Notes: a model not told the origin generated them from the letters alone. A stretch of DNA of 64,000 nucleotides from Macrostomum lignano (GCA_002269645.1 NIVC01001861.1:1-64000); one strand, 5' to 3'. Positions 1 through 16,324 are shown, numbered from the stretch's first letter. Numbers and translations are program-made.

Positions 1-1498
1 AAAATTTATTCCTATGTAAATTTTGATATATAAATTAGCTTCTTACTGCTAACTAGTACTTTTATGCTACTTACCTAATTGCGTCACAAGATCACAAGTT
101 CATCTACAAAAGATCATTGTCTCTATAACAATTAAAAATAAAGGCAAAAAAGGTTTTGCGCATATTTTGCCTAAAAATTTTAACCCAGAAGCTTAAAAAT
201 CCTATATTTTCTAATCCCGGGATCACAAAAAAATGGGAATTGCAATCCCTAGTTTCAGTATATTTTAATCTAGAATATTGATGCACTTAGCTAATTGGAA
301 CGGAAGTGATACCTGCAGTTTAGGCTATTGGTTTAATCTTACTTAAGTAGAACTTAGTAGATCTGAATTGATAGTTGCTGCCACCAGGCTTCCTGATTTC
401 CCTAATCCTAGCAGTTAGTGATCAAAGGAGCAACACAGGAAAGCCAATCTTAACAAATTTATTACTCCAGAACAAAAGAAAATTATTATGCATGCAATGG
501 TTGGTGCAAATATTTAGTGGGCAATTACTACCCATTGTGCCCTATTAGTTGGCAATGACTACCTTCTAATAGTTTTAATTCCTTAAAACTTCTTTGCCTC
601 TTATCTTCTTATTCTTGGTCTTGTTTGAAAGTTAAGACTAACTTCTAGATGCCAGGACACTTTTCCCTGGGCCTCAACTGCTCGATACTTATAGAGAATC
701 CCAAAATTAGCAATTTACCCCTGCTCTAATTATTTCCCCTAGCTAAAACTACTAATAGTAGTATAAAAGCATATTTGAATTCACCCACTAAATTAATGCC
801 CTATTACATAATTATAAATTTGCAGGCCTATACTAAGTAAACCGGCATTTCTTATTATTGGCAAATATATAATTGCATTATAGCTAGAATATTATAATGT
901 TAGCTCTATTGGCAACTTTAGCAAGTATAAAAATAGATTATTAAAATAAAAAAATTAAATTTGTTTCAAATAAAAAAAGCAAAAACTAGGCCTTACTTTT
1001 GTTTAAGCCTTTATATACTACAATAAATATAAGAATAAAAAAGATAATATTAAAAAAACTTCTGCTTTTTTATAAATAAAATCCTAATTTATTCAGCAAT
1101 AAAATAAAAATTCTTTTTAAATAAAAGTTAAATAATATTGAACAATGTTAATTTGTTCTTTTTGTATAGTATGAGTCAGCAAAAATATTGTGCATGTTTA
1201 ATTAGTTTTAATTAGATATAATGGATATGTTTCCTAATATTTACTATCAAGGATTTGAACATTTTGAATTTTGTTTAAAATGATTATATTTCCTATTTAT
1301 TAGCTTAATATAATGTAGCTTTAATATATATATATATATATAATATAATATAATAAAATAATATAAATAATAATAAATAATAAATAATAAATAAATAAAT
1401 ATACAAGCTATATATAAATATAGTGTTGAGAGTTTAGTTTTCGAATTTATTAAGTATTTTATTTAAATAATACTTTGCATGCCAAGAAAAGCACAACC

Positions 1499-3876
<2,378 letters not shown>

Positions 3877-4184
3877 TTTGATTAGGGTTAGGGGTTTGCA
3901 AATAACCTAATATTTTCAAGTATTCAGTCTTTGTTCGTACCTATTTATTATTATATCTTTTATTAACTTCCTTTCACCATTATTAATATTATTTAAGATT
4001 TTTTATTTGGTAATGCAGAGGTCAAAAACTTTACCCGGCTATTGGCTTTTTTTTGCTAACCATCTTTGTGTTTTGGTAGTTCGGTAATGTTTTTGTAGTT
4101 TATTTGGATTGGTTCAGTTTATATAGCATAATAGATTGTAGCTGTATAGTGCGATGCGGAGCTGTAATGTCCATAGATAAAAGC

Positions 4185-5545
4185 TCCACAGGCTATTGAC
4201 CTTAGACAACAGATCCATAGGCTATTGACCTTAGACAACAGATCCATAGGCTATTGACCATAGACAACAGATCTATAGGCTATTGACCTTAGACAACAGA
4301 TCTATAGGCTATTGACCTTAGACAACAGATCCATAGGCTATTGACCTTAGACAACAGATCCATAGGCTATTGACCTTAGACAACAGATCCATAGGCTACT
4401 GACCATAGACAACAGATCCATAGGCTATTGACCATAGACAACAGATCCATAGGCTATTGACCATAGACAACAGATCCATAGGCTATTGACCATAGACAAC
4501 AGATCCATAGGCTATTGACCATAGACAACAGATCCATAGGCTATTGACCATAGACAACAGATCCATAGGCTATTGACCATAGACAACAGATCCATAGGCT
4601 ATTGACCATAGACAACAGATCCATAGGCTATTGACCATAGACAACAGATCCATAGGCTATTGACCATAGACAACAGATCCATAGGCTATTGACCATAGAC
4701 AACAGATCCATAGGCTACTGACCATAGACAACAGGTCCATAGGCTATCGACAATAGACAACAGATCCATAGGCTATTGACCTTAGACAACAGATCCATAG
4801 GCTATTGACCTTAGACAACAGATCCATAGGCTATTGACCATAGACAACAGATCCATAGGCTATTGACCATAGACAACAGATCCATAGGCTACTGACCATA
4901 GACAACAGATCCATAGGCTATTGACCATAGACAACAGATCCATAGGCTATTGACCTTAGACAACAGATCCATAGGCTACTGACCATAGACAACAGATCCA
5001 TAGGCTATTGACCATAGACAACAGATCCATAGGCTATTGACCATAGACAACAGATCCATAGGCTATTGACCATAGACAACAGATCCATAGGCTACTGACC
5101 ATAGACAACAGATCTATAGGCTATTGACCTTAGACAACAGATCCATAGGCTATTGACCATAGACAACAGATCCATAGGCTATTGACCTTAGACAACAGAT
5201 CTATAGGCTATTGACCTTAGACAACAGATCTATAGGCTATTGACCTTAGACAACAGATCTATAGGCTATTGACCTTAGACAACAGATCTATAGGCTATTG
5301 ACCTTAGACAACAGATCCATAGGCTATTGACCTTAGACAACAGATCCATAGGCTATTGACCATAGACAACAGATCCATAGGCTATTGACCTTAGACAACA
5401 GATCCATAGGCTATTGACCATAGACAACAGATCCATAGGCTATTGACCTTAGACAACAGATCCATAGGCTATTGACCATAGACAACAGATCCATAGGCTA
5501 CTGACCATAGACAACAGATCCATAGGCTATTGACCTTAGACAAAG
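4185..5545. repeat. Minisatellite, 29 bp unit (gctattgaccatagacaacagatccatag)
   Basis: Near-perfect tandem copies downstream of ATP6V0B. Confidence 0.95.
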
Positions 5546-6269
5546 AACTGACTCACAAGCCCAGTTAAATTATTTTGTCTATGGCCAAAAGCCAAACAAC
5601 TTGTTCCATCCTAGCTAGCGGCAGATGAACTGTTTTTATATTCTGAATTTAAATTTTGTACATTATGAATTAGCACTTGATTCTGCAGCAGTGTTATTGT
5701 TGAATTAATTATAGTGCTTAATATTGTCACATAAGCATATTGATTATGTTGCACTATTATATAATCGATTTACACAATTCATATTCTATGGATACTACTT
5801 TTGTTTTACTTTAATTTAGTTAGTTTAAGCTTTTATCCTCATTAAAATAATGTTGCAGACTTTTCCAGTACAATTATGGTGATCTGTTTCCTCAATCATC
5901 AATCATGCATAATTATAATTATTATTCCGACCTTAGATGTGCTGCACACAATTTCCCGTTGTGTTCTGTGTCTTGTTCTAATCCTATTATCATACTACTG
6001 ATAGTAATCGTTTCCTTGTTCATTACAACCACCTTATTATATAGAGAGTATTTTCGCGTATTAATCAAATCTTGTTCCTGTTGAAGAAAATAAAAAGTTT
6101 GCTTATAATTTTGCTGAAATTCCGTGTTTCTGATTGTTTGCTGACAAATTTGTCTTGGATTCCTGCATTAAATTTGCTTTTTTGTGTAGTACCTATTAGG
6201 GCCCAGCATTTTTCAGTGTAAAGTGATTGATAAATTATGAATCAAACAACTCTCAGTTTAGCAATAAAA

Positions 6270-6870
6270 TTTCATGTTTCATCAATCAAATCTCATATTT
6301 AATCGACCGAGTCTCATGTTTTATCAATGGGATCTCATGTTTCATCAATCGAATCTCATTTTTCATCAATTGAATCTCATGTTTCATCAATCGAATCTCA
6401 TATTTCATCAATCGAATCTCATATTTCATCAATCGAATCTCATATTTCATCAATCGAATCTCATACTTCATTAATCAAGGCTCATAATTCATCAATCAAA
6501 CCTCATTTTTCATCAATCGAATCTCATGTTTCATCAATTGAATCTCATGTTTCATCAATCAAATCTCATATTTCATCAATCGAATCTCATGTTTCATCAA
6601 TCGAATCTCATGTTTCATCAATCAAATCTCATGTTTCATCAATCAAATCTCATGTTTCATCAATCGAATCTCATATTTCATCAATCAAATCTCATATTTC
6701 ATCAATTGAATCTCATGTTTCATCAATCAAACCTCATTTTTCATCAATCGAATCTCATGTTTCATCAATCGAATCTCATGTTTCATCAATCGAATCTCAT
6801 ATTTCATCATTCTAATCTCATGTTTTATCGATCAAAGCTCATATTTCATCAATTAAATCTCGATTCATCG
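6270..6870. repeat. Minisatellite, 21 bp unit (tttcatcaatcgaatctcatg)
   Basis: Tandem copies just upstream of BBS1. Confidence 0.95.
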
Positions 6871-6972
6871 AGAAAATCCCATATCTCTTCAATATGTCTA
6901 TTGTACTCAGAAATATAAAATCCAATAAAAAATCAATCTTCAGCTACAATCCTAAGCAACAAACAGCCAGAA

Positions 6973-9900
6973 ATGTCCGAAGTCAATCAAGCTGGCAGCG
7001 CAGACGCACCGACCACAGGAGACGGAGCCGAAGTCTCTGGCGAGGCCTCCCAGCAGCAGCCGCAGCAGCAGAGCAGCGACAAATGGCTTGTGGCATTGAA
7101 GGATCCCACGCCTGGTCTGAACACCCTCAGCCAGTGCATGGTGCTCACTGACGTCACCGGAGATGGCGAGAATCGCCTAGTTGTAGCCGACCTCGGCGAC
7201 ACTCGCACCAACATGCGACTGCGGGTTTACAAAGGCACCGCGCTGGCTATGGAGAACACCATTATTGACCTGCCTGTTGGCGTGGCCGCCTTCTATCTGG
7301 ATACTAATACTCCCAGATCCCCGGCTGTTGCAGTGGCTTCCGGGCCTAGCGTTTTCATCTATAAGAACATGCGGCCGTACTTCCGGTGAGGCTTAGTTTA
7401 GGGGACAGGCTGAGGTTTAGTTTAGGGAAGAGGCTGAGGTTTAGTTTAGGGCAGAGGCTGAGGCTTAGTTTAGGGGGACAGGCTGAGGTTTAGTTTAGGG
7501 CAGAGGCTGAGGCTTAGTTTAGGGGGACAGGCTGAGGTTTAGTTTAGGGCAGAGGCTGAGGCTTAGTTTAGGGGGACAGGCTGAGGTTTAGTTTAGGGCA
7601 GAGGCTGAGGCTTAGTTTAGGGGGACAGGCTGAGGTTTAGTTTAGGGCAGAGGCTGAGGCTTAGTTTACGGGGACAGGCTGAGGTTTAGTTTAGGGCAGA
7701 GGCTGAGGCTTAGTTTAGGGGGACAGGCTGAGGTTTAGTTTAGGGCAGAGGCTGAGGCTTAGTTTAGGGGGACAGGCTGAGGTTTAGTTTAGGGCAGAGG
7801 CTGAGGCTTAGTTTACGGGGACAGGCTGAGGTTTAGTTTAGGGCAGAGGCTGAGGCTTAGTTTAGGGGGACAGGCTGAGGTTTAGTTTAGGGCAGAGGCT
7901 GAGGCTTAGTTTAGGGGGACAGGCTGAGGTTTAGTTTAGGGCAGAGGCTGAGGCTTAGTTTAGGGGGACAGGCTGAGGTTTAGTTTAGGGCAGAGGCTGA
8001 GGCTTAGTTTAGGGGAGTGGCTGAGGCTTAGTTTAGGGGGACAGGCTGAGGTTTAGTTTAGGGCAGAGGCTGAGGCTTAGTTTAGGGGAGTGGCTGAGGC
8101 TTAGTTTAGGGGGACAGGCTGAAGTTTAGTTTAGGGCAGAGGCTGAGGCTTAGTTTAGGGGGACAGGCTGAGGTTTAGTTTAGGGGGCAGGCTGAGGTTT
8201 AGTTTAAGGGGGAGGCTGAGGCTTAGTTTAGGGGGCAGGCTTAAGCTTAGTTTAGGCCCAGTGGGGAAGGCTGCGGCTTAGTTAAGGCCCAGTGGGGAAG
8301 GCTGAGGCTTACTCTAAATGAACAAGCTCAGTCGAAAATTAAAAAGCCTGTAACTTTGAGTGGTTTTGGTTGATGAATTTCTACATCAACATCCCGGCAG
8401 GTTCACCCTACCGCCACTGGATCTGCACCCCCTGGAGGAGGAGATCTGGGCGGCGGCCCGGGAAGGTCGCGCCTCCGCCGTCCAGGTGCGCGGCATCATC
8501 GAAGATCTTCGAAACCAGGGCGCCAGCATCACGGGTAGGTCGCAGCGGCTGCTAGCACTGCACCCCGACCAGCTGCAGGAATTCGTTGAGGCCTACAAAA
8601 CCGCCCCTCTCCGCCGGCTGAGCGTGGTGACCGCCTTGGACACGTTAAAGAAGTCGCACAGCGAGGAGGACGCGATCAGCTGCTTGGTGATGGGCACTGA
8701 GGCCTGCCAGGTGCAGGTGCTGGATCCGCAGGCCTTCACTGTGCTGGCTAAAATGCAGCTGCCCTCGCCTCCCGTGTTTCTGTGCTCATCTGGCCTGTTT
8801 GATGTGGACTATCGGATTGTGGCCGCCTGCCGGGACGGCGTCATCTATCAGCTGCGGCGGGGCGCCAAGGAGGCCACACAGGGTATGCTGGCCTGGGAAA
8901 TCTGGCTTGGGGAATCTGTTGGTAGCCATGGGAATCTTTGTTGGCAACCAGAGGAATCTTTGTTGGCAGTCCGGGGAATCTTTGTTGGTAGCCAGAGGAA
9001 TCTTTGTTGGCAGCCAGAGGAATCTTTGTTGGCAGTCTGGGGAATCTTTGTTGGCAGCCAGGGCAATCTTTGTTGGCAGCCAGAGGATCTTTGTTGGCAG
9101 CCCGGGAATCCTTATTGACAGCCTTGGGAATCTTTGTTGGGCAAGTTACGAGCGTAATTGCATAGTAACGAACACCCCCTCTCTGATACCCGTGCCCCAG
9201 GCATCAGACTGCGCGCCTCAGCCGTAGGCATGATCAGGGTTGACAAGCACATAGTCGTGGCCACCATGGACAGGCAGCTATCGGGCTACTCAACCAAGGG
9301 CAAAGAGCTCTGGCGCGCCGCCCTGCCCGCCGGTGTCACCGCCCTGGCGCCGCTCAGCCTGCCATCCAAAGGCTTCAACGCTGCTTTAGTAGCCATGGAT
9401 AACAATACCGTGTGTGTGTACAAGGACAAACTCGAGGTAGACAGATTAGTCACCGAGGACGTTGTCACGGGGATTCGATTCGGTCGCTACGGACGCGAAG
9501 AGGCCACCCTAGTTACCGTGGGCAGATCCGGCGGCTTGGCAATCTACATTCTGAAGCGCAGCGCCAAATTCGTTGATGGCGCCGGCGGAGTGGGCGGCCC
9601 GCCAGCCAAGCAGTTCAGCCGGCTGCCGCTGCCCAAGAAGACTCGCCTATTCGTTGATCAGACGCTGCGCGAACGCGACTGCGCCGTGTCGATGCATCGA
9701 CAATTTCTGCACGACCTCTACAGGCTGCGGCTGATGACGGCAGAGAACTACGTGCAGGCGTTGGAGACCAAGGCCACGCCAATCAGCGCCAGCAAGGAGG
9801 ACCCGGTTAAGCTGGCTTGCACTGTGCAAGGCGTCGGCCCCGTGTTCAGGCTGACTGTTGGCCTGCAGAATGCCAGCCTCACCACCGCTATTGCCGGGCT

Positions 9901-10462
9901 GGGCATCTCGTTTGCCTACGATGGACTGCTGTATAGGCTGGAGAAGGTCTACATTCCTGTGAGCTCTCTGCCTGAGTGTGTCCTTCCTGTGTAGCACCCG
10001 AGTATCTCCTTAGCTGTCCCTAAGTATGTCATAAGTAGCCATTGACTATCTCCTGTGTAGTACTTGAGTATCTCCTAATAGTCTGAGTATTCTATAAAGA
10101 GTCCTCGAGTTTATCCCGAATAGTCCTTAAGTATCTCACAAGTAGCCCTAGAGTCTCATTAGTTGTTGAGTATCTTAAATAATCTTGAGTGCATTATTGT
10201 CTTTAAAATTCTCATTAGAACTCTCACTAGTCTACAAGAAACTGAATTCCCAATCAAGTGTCTCACCGAACGCTGCCGAAAACTGTTTCAGGTACCCTAC
10301 CTGGTGCCCGGATTAACCTACAACTTCTCAACCATAGTGGAATGCCTGACAGACAAAGGCATAGCTGACGCAATCAAGGTGTACATATTGAAGCGGGACA
10401 ACGATTCGCCGCTAGTCACTGGCGTTGTCAATATGCCGGTCAGCGAGTCATTTGTTGTGTGA
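6973..10462 (+). CDS. BBS1: Bardet-Biedl syndrome 1 (BBSome subunit); exons 6973-7385, 8401-8882, 9201-9958, 10292-10462; 607 aa
   Basis: Motifs DVTGDGENRLVVADLG, VASGPSVFIYKNMRPYFRFTLP, LKKSHSEEDAISCLVMGTE, FGRYGREEATL, PKKTRLFVDQTLRER and VPYLVPGL..KGIADAIKV match BBS1. All junctions are GT-AG and in phase. Confidence 0.97.
7386..8315. repeat. Intronic minisatellite, 49 bp unit made of two related 24-25 bp halves
   Basis: aggctgaggtttagtttagggcagaggctgaggcttagtttagggggac repeated from the BBS1 intron 1 donor onward. Confidence 0.95.
8895..9145. repeat. Intronic minisatellite, about 21 bp unit (gggaatctttgttggcagcca)
   Basis: Tandem copies in BBS1 intron 2. Confidence 0.9.
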
Positions 10463-10574
10463 CCGACCGGCGGCGGAGTTTAAACTGTACTCGAGTTTTT
10501 TTACATTGGCTGAACCCTTCCTTCCTGATAGGCCGTCCGAACATATGGTCTACGTGTACACCCTTTTATCCAAA

Positions 10575-12540
10575 CTGTCTAAGCCTCCCGAAGAGCCTGT
10601 CTAAGCCTCCTTGAAGAGCCTGTCTAAGCCTCATTGAAGAGCCTGTCTAAGCCTCCTTGAAGAGCCTGTCTAAGCCTCATTGAAGAGCCTGTCTAAGCCT
10701 CCTTGAAGAGCCTGTCTAAGCCTCATTGAAGAGCCTGTCTAAGCCTCATTGAAGAGCCTGTCTAAGCCTCATTGAAGAGCCTGTCTAAGCCTCCTTGAAG
10801 AGCCTGTCTAAGCCTCCTTGAAGAGCCTGTCTAAGCCTCATTGAAGAGCCTGTCTAAGCCTCCTTGAAGAGCCTGTCTAAGCCTCCTTGAAGAGCCTGTC
10901 TAAGCCTCCTTGAAGAGCCTGTCTAAGCCTCCTTGAAGAGCCTGTCCAAGCCTCATTGAAGAGCCTGTCTAAGCCTCATTGAAGAGCCTGTCTAAGCCTC
11001 ATTGAAGAGCCTGTCTAAGCCTCATTGAAGAGCCTGTCTAAGCCTCATTGAAGAACCTGTCTAGGCCTCCCTGAAGAGCCTGTCTAAGCCTCAATAAAGA
11101 GCCCGTCTTAGTCTAAGCCTCATTGAAGAGCCTGTCTAAGCCTCATTGAAGAGCCTGTCTAAGCCTCATTGAAGAGCCTGTCTAAGCCTCATTGAAGAGC
11201 CTGTCTAAGCCTCATTGAAGAGCCTGTCTAAGCCTCCTTGAAGAGCCTGTTTAAGCCTCCTTGAAGAGCCTGTCTAAGCCTCATTGAAGAGCCTGTCTAA
11301 GCCTCATTGAAGAGCCTGTCTAAGCCTCATTGAAGAGCCTGTCTAAGCCTCATTGAAGAGCCTGTCTAAGCCTCATTGAAGAGCCTGTCTAAGCCTCATT
11401 GAAGAGCCTGTCTAAGCCTCCTTGAAGAACCTGTCTAGGCCTCCCTGAAGAGCCTGTCTAAGCCTCATTGAAGAACCTGTCTAAGCCTCATTGAAGAGCC
11501 TGTCTAAGCCTCATTGAAGAGCCTGTCTAAGCCTCATTGAAGAGCCTGTCTAAGCCTCCTTGAAGAGCCTGTCTAAGCCTCCTTGAAGAGCCTGTCTAAG
11601 CCTCATTGAAGAGCCTGTCTAAGCCTCCTTGAAGAGCCTGTCTAAGCCTCCTTGAAGAGCCTGTCTAAGCCTCCTTGAAGAGCCTGTCTAAGCCTCCTTG
11701 AAGAGCCTGTCCAAGCCTCATTGAAGAGCCTGTCTAAGCCTCATTGAAGAGCCTGTCTAAGCCTCATTGAAGAGCCTGTCTAAGCCTCATTGAAGAGCCT
11801 GTCTAAGCCTCATTGAAGAACCTGTCTAGGCCTCCCTGAAGAGCCTGTCTAAGCCTCAATAAAGAGCCCGTCTTAGTCTAAGCCTCATTGAAGAGCCTGT
11901 CTAAGCCTCATTGAAGAGCCTGTCTAAGCCTCATTGAAGAGCCTGTCTAAGCCTCATTGAAGAGCCTGTCTAAGCCTCATTGAAGAGCCTGTCTAAGCCT
12001 CCTTGAAGAGCCTGTTTAAGCCTCCTTGAAGAGCCTGTCTAAGCCTCATTGAAGAGCCTGTCTAAGCCTCATTGAAGAGCCTGTCTAAGCCTCATTGAAG
12101 AGCCTGTCTAAGCCTCATTGAAGAGCCTGTCTAAGCCTCATTGAAGAGCCTGTCTAAGCCTCATTGAAGAGCCTGTCTAAGCCTCCTTGAAGAACCTGTC
12201 TAGGCCTCCCTGAAGAGCCTGTCTAAGCCTCATTGAAGAACCTGTCTAGGCCTCCCTGAAGAGCCTGTCTAAGCCTCATTGAAGAACCTGTCTAGGCCTC
12301 CCTGAAGAGCCTGTCTAAGCCTCATTGAAGAACCTGTCTAGGCCTCCCTGAAGAGCCTGTCTAAGCCTCATTGAAGAACCTGTCTAGGCCTCCCTGAAGA
12401 GCCTGTCTAAGCCTCATTGAAGAACCTGTCTAGGCCTCCCTGAAGAGCCTGTCTAAGCCTCATTGAAGAACCTGTCTAGGCCTCCCTGAAGAGCCTGTCT
12501 AAGCCTCAATAAAGAGCCCGTCTTAGTCTAAGCCTCCCTA
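10575..12540. repeat. Minisatellite, 23 bp unit (gaagagcctgtctaagcctcatt) with a 765 bp higher-order duplication
   Basis: Tandem copies; rare variant units recur exactly 765 bp apart. Confidence 0.95.
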
Positions 12541-13627
12541 AACGCCCAATTTACCGGGAACTCTTACAATGGAAAAAAAAAATTTGCTCTGTAGTAACAA
12601 CGGATACTTTTATAAGAAATCCCAAGGCGAAACAGGTTGATCAAATTTACTTTGTCTGCACATTTTCTCAATGTTTTTACGATGTTATGCACAGATTGTG
12701 AACATTTTCAACATTGAACAAGCATTCCTCTGTTCCTGTACTCAAAATACTTTGCTCTATTATTCTATTCGAAATTTTTATCACCATGAGCTGTGATTTG
12801 TGTCCAAAAAATTTCTCAGATTCTTTTAAAAGATAAAAATGCACTTTTTGCGTCTGTATCCGTCCCTTTTGCAACTACATAAACTATATCGTAGTAACTA
12901 TAAGATAGAAATGACAAAAACTGTTGGAACCAAGAAAGGTGTTAAACTATAGGAACAGAAGAGAAAAGCCTTGATGAAATTTGTTTATTTATCTTGTGTA
13001 CCACTAGAGGGTTGCTAATTGTGTAATAAAACACAAAAAGGTTAATCAAGTTATCTATGTTTTGTAATGGCTATGCAAACATTTCAACCGAGAAGAGTTT
13101 GATGTTGTTAGAACTAAATTTCAAACAAAAAACATATATATTAGGGGGAAAATAATGCGCATCTATATATAGCCAGTTTATCCGCTGATAAAGTCATCAG
13201 TCATCAGTTGCTACTTGTGGAAACACGCCTTTACAATGAGAATTTTATATCCAACAGAATATACTCAGAACGCTCAATATTGCCTTTTTGCATACTAATT
13301 ATGTTTTTAACTAGTAGCTATCCTCATCTTGAAGAAAACATTAATTAGGCATAGCCGTCAGGAACTACTGAGAGATTTCACAGAGCAAGTAGGCTGTGTG
13401 AATTTTAATTCTTTTTGTAGTATAAACCATTATTGAGCATTAAGTGTATATTCTGTCTTGTAGCTCGTATTTCAAACTGGATAAACAAGGAAAAATGTTA
13501 TTGTTCAAGACGCCTGGAAAGTATTCGAATTCTACTTACCATTTTTTACTTTTTAAAAACTAATTTGTTTATATCAAATGGGCAAATTTGTCCCTACACC
13601 AGATACACTGAATCGGCCCCCAAAACC

Positions 13628-15412
13628 CTAGGCCCGAACCATGCAGCTCTCGGCCTGAAAGCTCATCTGGATTGAGCAGTGCGGAAACGAATGCCGCATC
13701 TGGTGCACCTTGTCCTTGTTGATGCCCGCGCAGAAACTGACGTCGAACAGCTCCAGCTTCGGGCAGGACTGCAGCACCTCGATCAGGATGTTGAATGTCA
13801 CCTGGTTGGTGCCGAGAATGTCCAGCTGCTGCAGCTGCTTGCAGTGCAGGGCTATGGCCTTCAGGTCCGTGTCGCATACCGTTCTGCGGAGAGTAGGGCG
13901 GATGGCTGAGATCTGGGGAGAGAATAAGGGCGGGTAGGGTGAGATCTGGGGAGAGAAAAGGGGCGGGTAGGGTGAGATTTAGGGAGAGAATAAGGGCGGG
14001 TAGGGTGAGATTTGGGGAGAGAATAAGGGCGGGTAGGGTGAGATCTGGGGAGAGAAAAGGGGCGGGTAGGGTGAGATTTGGGGAGAGAATAAGGGCGGGT
14101 AGGGTGAGATCTGGGGAGAGAAAAGGGGCGGGTAGGGTGAGATTTGGGGAGAGAATAAGGGCGGGTAGGGTGAGATTTGGGGAGAGAATAAGGGCGGGTA
14201 GGGTGAGATCTGGGGAGAGAATAAGGGCGGGTAGGGTGAGATCTGGGGAGAGAAGGGTAGATAAAAACAAAGGAGAAACTAACAGAGACGCAGTTCAGCA
14301 AGACTGACCTATTAGCGGTGAGAAAAAGCTTGCGCAGATTGCAGCACTGGCTGGCGAGGCGCAGGAAGCAGCCGGAGCTGGACTCCACCCGGGAGCACCA
14401 GCCCAGGTCGAGCTCCTCCAGCATAGCGCAGCCCTCGGCCAGCTGCAGGAGTCCGCGGCTGCTTAAACTGCCGCTGCGCCAGAAGTCCACGGATCGCAGA
14501 TTCGGACAATGGCGGGCCAGCGCCTCGGCCACCGGATTGAAGTCGGCTACGCGAGCGCAGGAGCTCAGGCGGAGACGCAGTAGGCCAGGATTAGCAGCGA
14601 TAATATCGAGCAGGGCGGCCTGGCCAACACCGGAGCGGCTCAGGTCGAGTCGTTCAAGGCGAGTGAGGCCGACAGACAGAGAGGCGAAGCCGGACTCGGT
14701 GGCCGGCGAGGCGCAGCCCGAGAGATCCAAATCTGGGTGGGGGATAAACGGAGTGATTGCAGAAACTAATAAGATGGCGAGGCATCGCACTATTTAAATA
14801 CATAAATAGTTACTCGCGCCGTAACCCACTTTTAAATATTGATTTTCTAGGGTTATAGCAGCGAATATTTCGGTTTAAAACCCAACCAACTTGGCCACAA
14901 GCCTACTTACTTTCCTTCTTATCTACTTAAAGCAGAACGCATCAAAAGCAAAACAGCTTCACAAAAAGCTTACCAGTCAGAGAGCGACAGTGCGACCCGA
15001 TAGCGGCTAGGCAGGCGTCGTCAAGAAATTTACAATTGGCCAAACGCAAATCGGTGAGCAAACAGGTGCCTAGCAACAGGCGGCAGAAGGAGCCGGGGCT
15101 GATGGCGCCGTCAGTGCCGCACCAGGACATGTCAAGTCCAGTCAGGCAGCCGGTGCGATGCTCCAGCACAGACAGGCTGGCGTCGCACACCCGGATGGAG
15201 TGCGGGCGAAGCCGGAGCTCCGTGTACAGCAGGGGGTCGCGGCAGTGGCGCTGGAGCAGCCGGCAGGTGTTGCCAAGGCGCAGCAGGGAGAGCAGGTCCA
15301 GGCGGCCCAGGATTCGAAGCAGCAGCTCGGGCGGGCAGGCGCCGAACCAGCCTGCGGATTCGTGCTCGGCGGCCGCTTCTGTGGCAGCGGCGGTATCCAC
15401 ACAATCTGTCAT
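13628..15412 (-). CDS. FBXL4: F-box/LRR protein 4-like; exons 15412-14974, 14732-14309, 13883-13628; 372 aa; start uncertain
   Basis: F-box GWFGACPPELLLRILGRLDLLSLLRLGNTCRLLQRHCRDPLLY, plus LEELDLGWCSRVESSSGCF..LRKLFLTANRTVCDTDL..LQQLDILGT..LELFDVSFC, match the C-terminal half of FBXL4. Phases are consistent. Confidence 0.9.
13905..14255. repeat. Intronic G-rich minisatellite, 33 bp unit
   Basis: gggcgggtagggtgagatctggggagagaataa repeated in the last FBXL4 intron. Confidence 0.9.
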
Positions 15413-16324
15413 TGTTGTTAATTGCTGCTTCCGAAAGCAGATAATGATAATAGAGCAGAATTCGTCGGATTAATATTCGATGTTGATTAATACTCTTCTG
15501 TTCGAGTTGCTGTTCCGCGAACTTTGGCTTGCTGCCAAAATATTGGCGGTCTGTCGAAAATTCGACAGCTGCTAGGTTAACAGGCAGTATGCATGTTGCT
15601 GCTTCTAGTTGCTTTTGCTGCTGCGGCTGCTTTTGAGGCTGCTGCTGCGGCAATAGCTGCTGTTGCTGGCGCTTGCTGTTATTGAGATGATGGCACTGCG
15701 CCTCTTGGCCAGCTTCTGCCTCGGCTTGGGACCAGTGCTGGGTGCTGCACAGCTGGTCTTGGCTACTGAGTTGGCGGGGCTGCAGGTGCAATAAAAAAAA
15801 CAGTAAAATAATTTAATATATGAGCCTTACATGTGTATATTAATATATGGTATACATTTATGCTTTGATTGAAATTTAAATATAATAAAGCCTTTATATT
15901 GCAAATCAACTTCTAATAATAATAAACTTCTAGTTGTTTAGCAGCTCAGCTATTTATAGAAGAAATAAAAACTAAATTTATGGATTTTTTATAATAGATA
16001 ATTTTTTTAAAATTTATGTACTTTGTGCTTTAAAAAACTGGCAATTCTTTAATACCTACCAATAAATTCAAATATATATTTTAACTAAAAAGAATTTTTA
16101 AGTAAATTTATTGTTATTAAGTAAATTTTTTGTTAATACGACAAAAAATGGTTTATTGATAGGTATGAAATCAATTTCATCATTTATTATAGCCTATAGT
16201 GGTCTTATAATATAAGACTAAAAAAGTAAAATAGAGAAAAAATCAGCATAGTTCTTGTTTGCTACAATAAATTATTTTAATAATTTTTCTTTACTTTTAG
16301 CCTAACTGGTGAATTTTTAACCAG

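Noticed and set aside
1-1450. Possible mitochondrial insertion (very AT-rich)
   Set aside because: No recognisable mitochondrial gene, rRNA or tRNA motif
4185-5545. CRISPR-like regular 29-bp repeats (also 29432-30966 and 32025-32515)
   Set aside because: Head-to-tail units with no unique spacers and no cas genes; eukaryotic context
6945-6960. X-box upstream of BBS1 (caatcctaagcaac)
   Set aside because: Only the right half matches, and it lies downstream of an acceptor-like site
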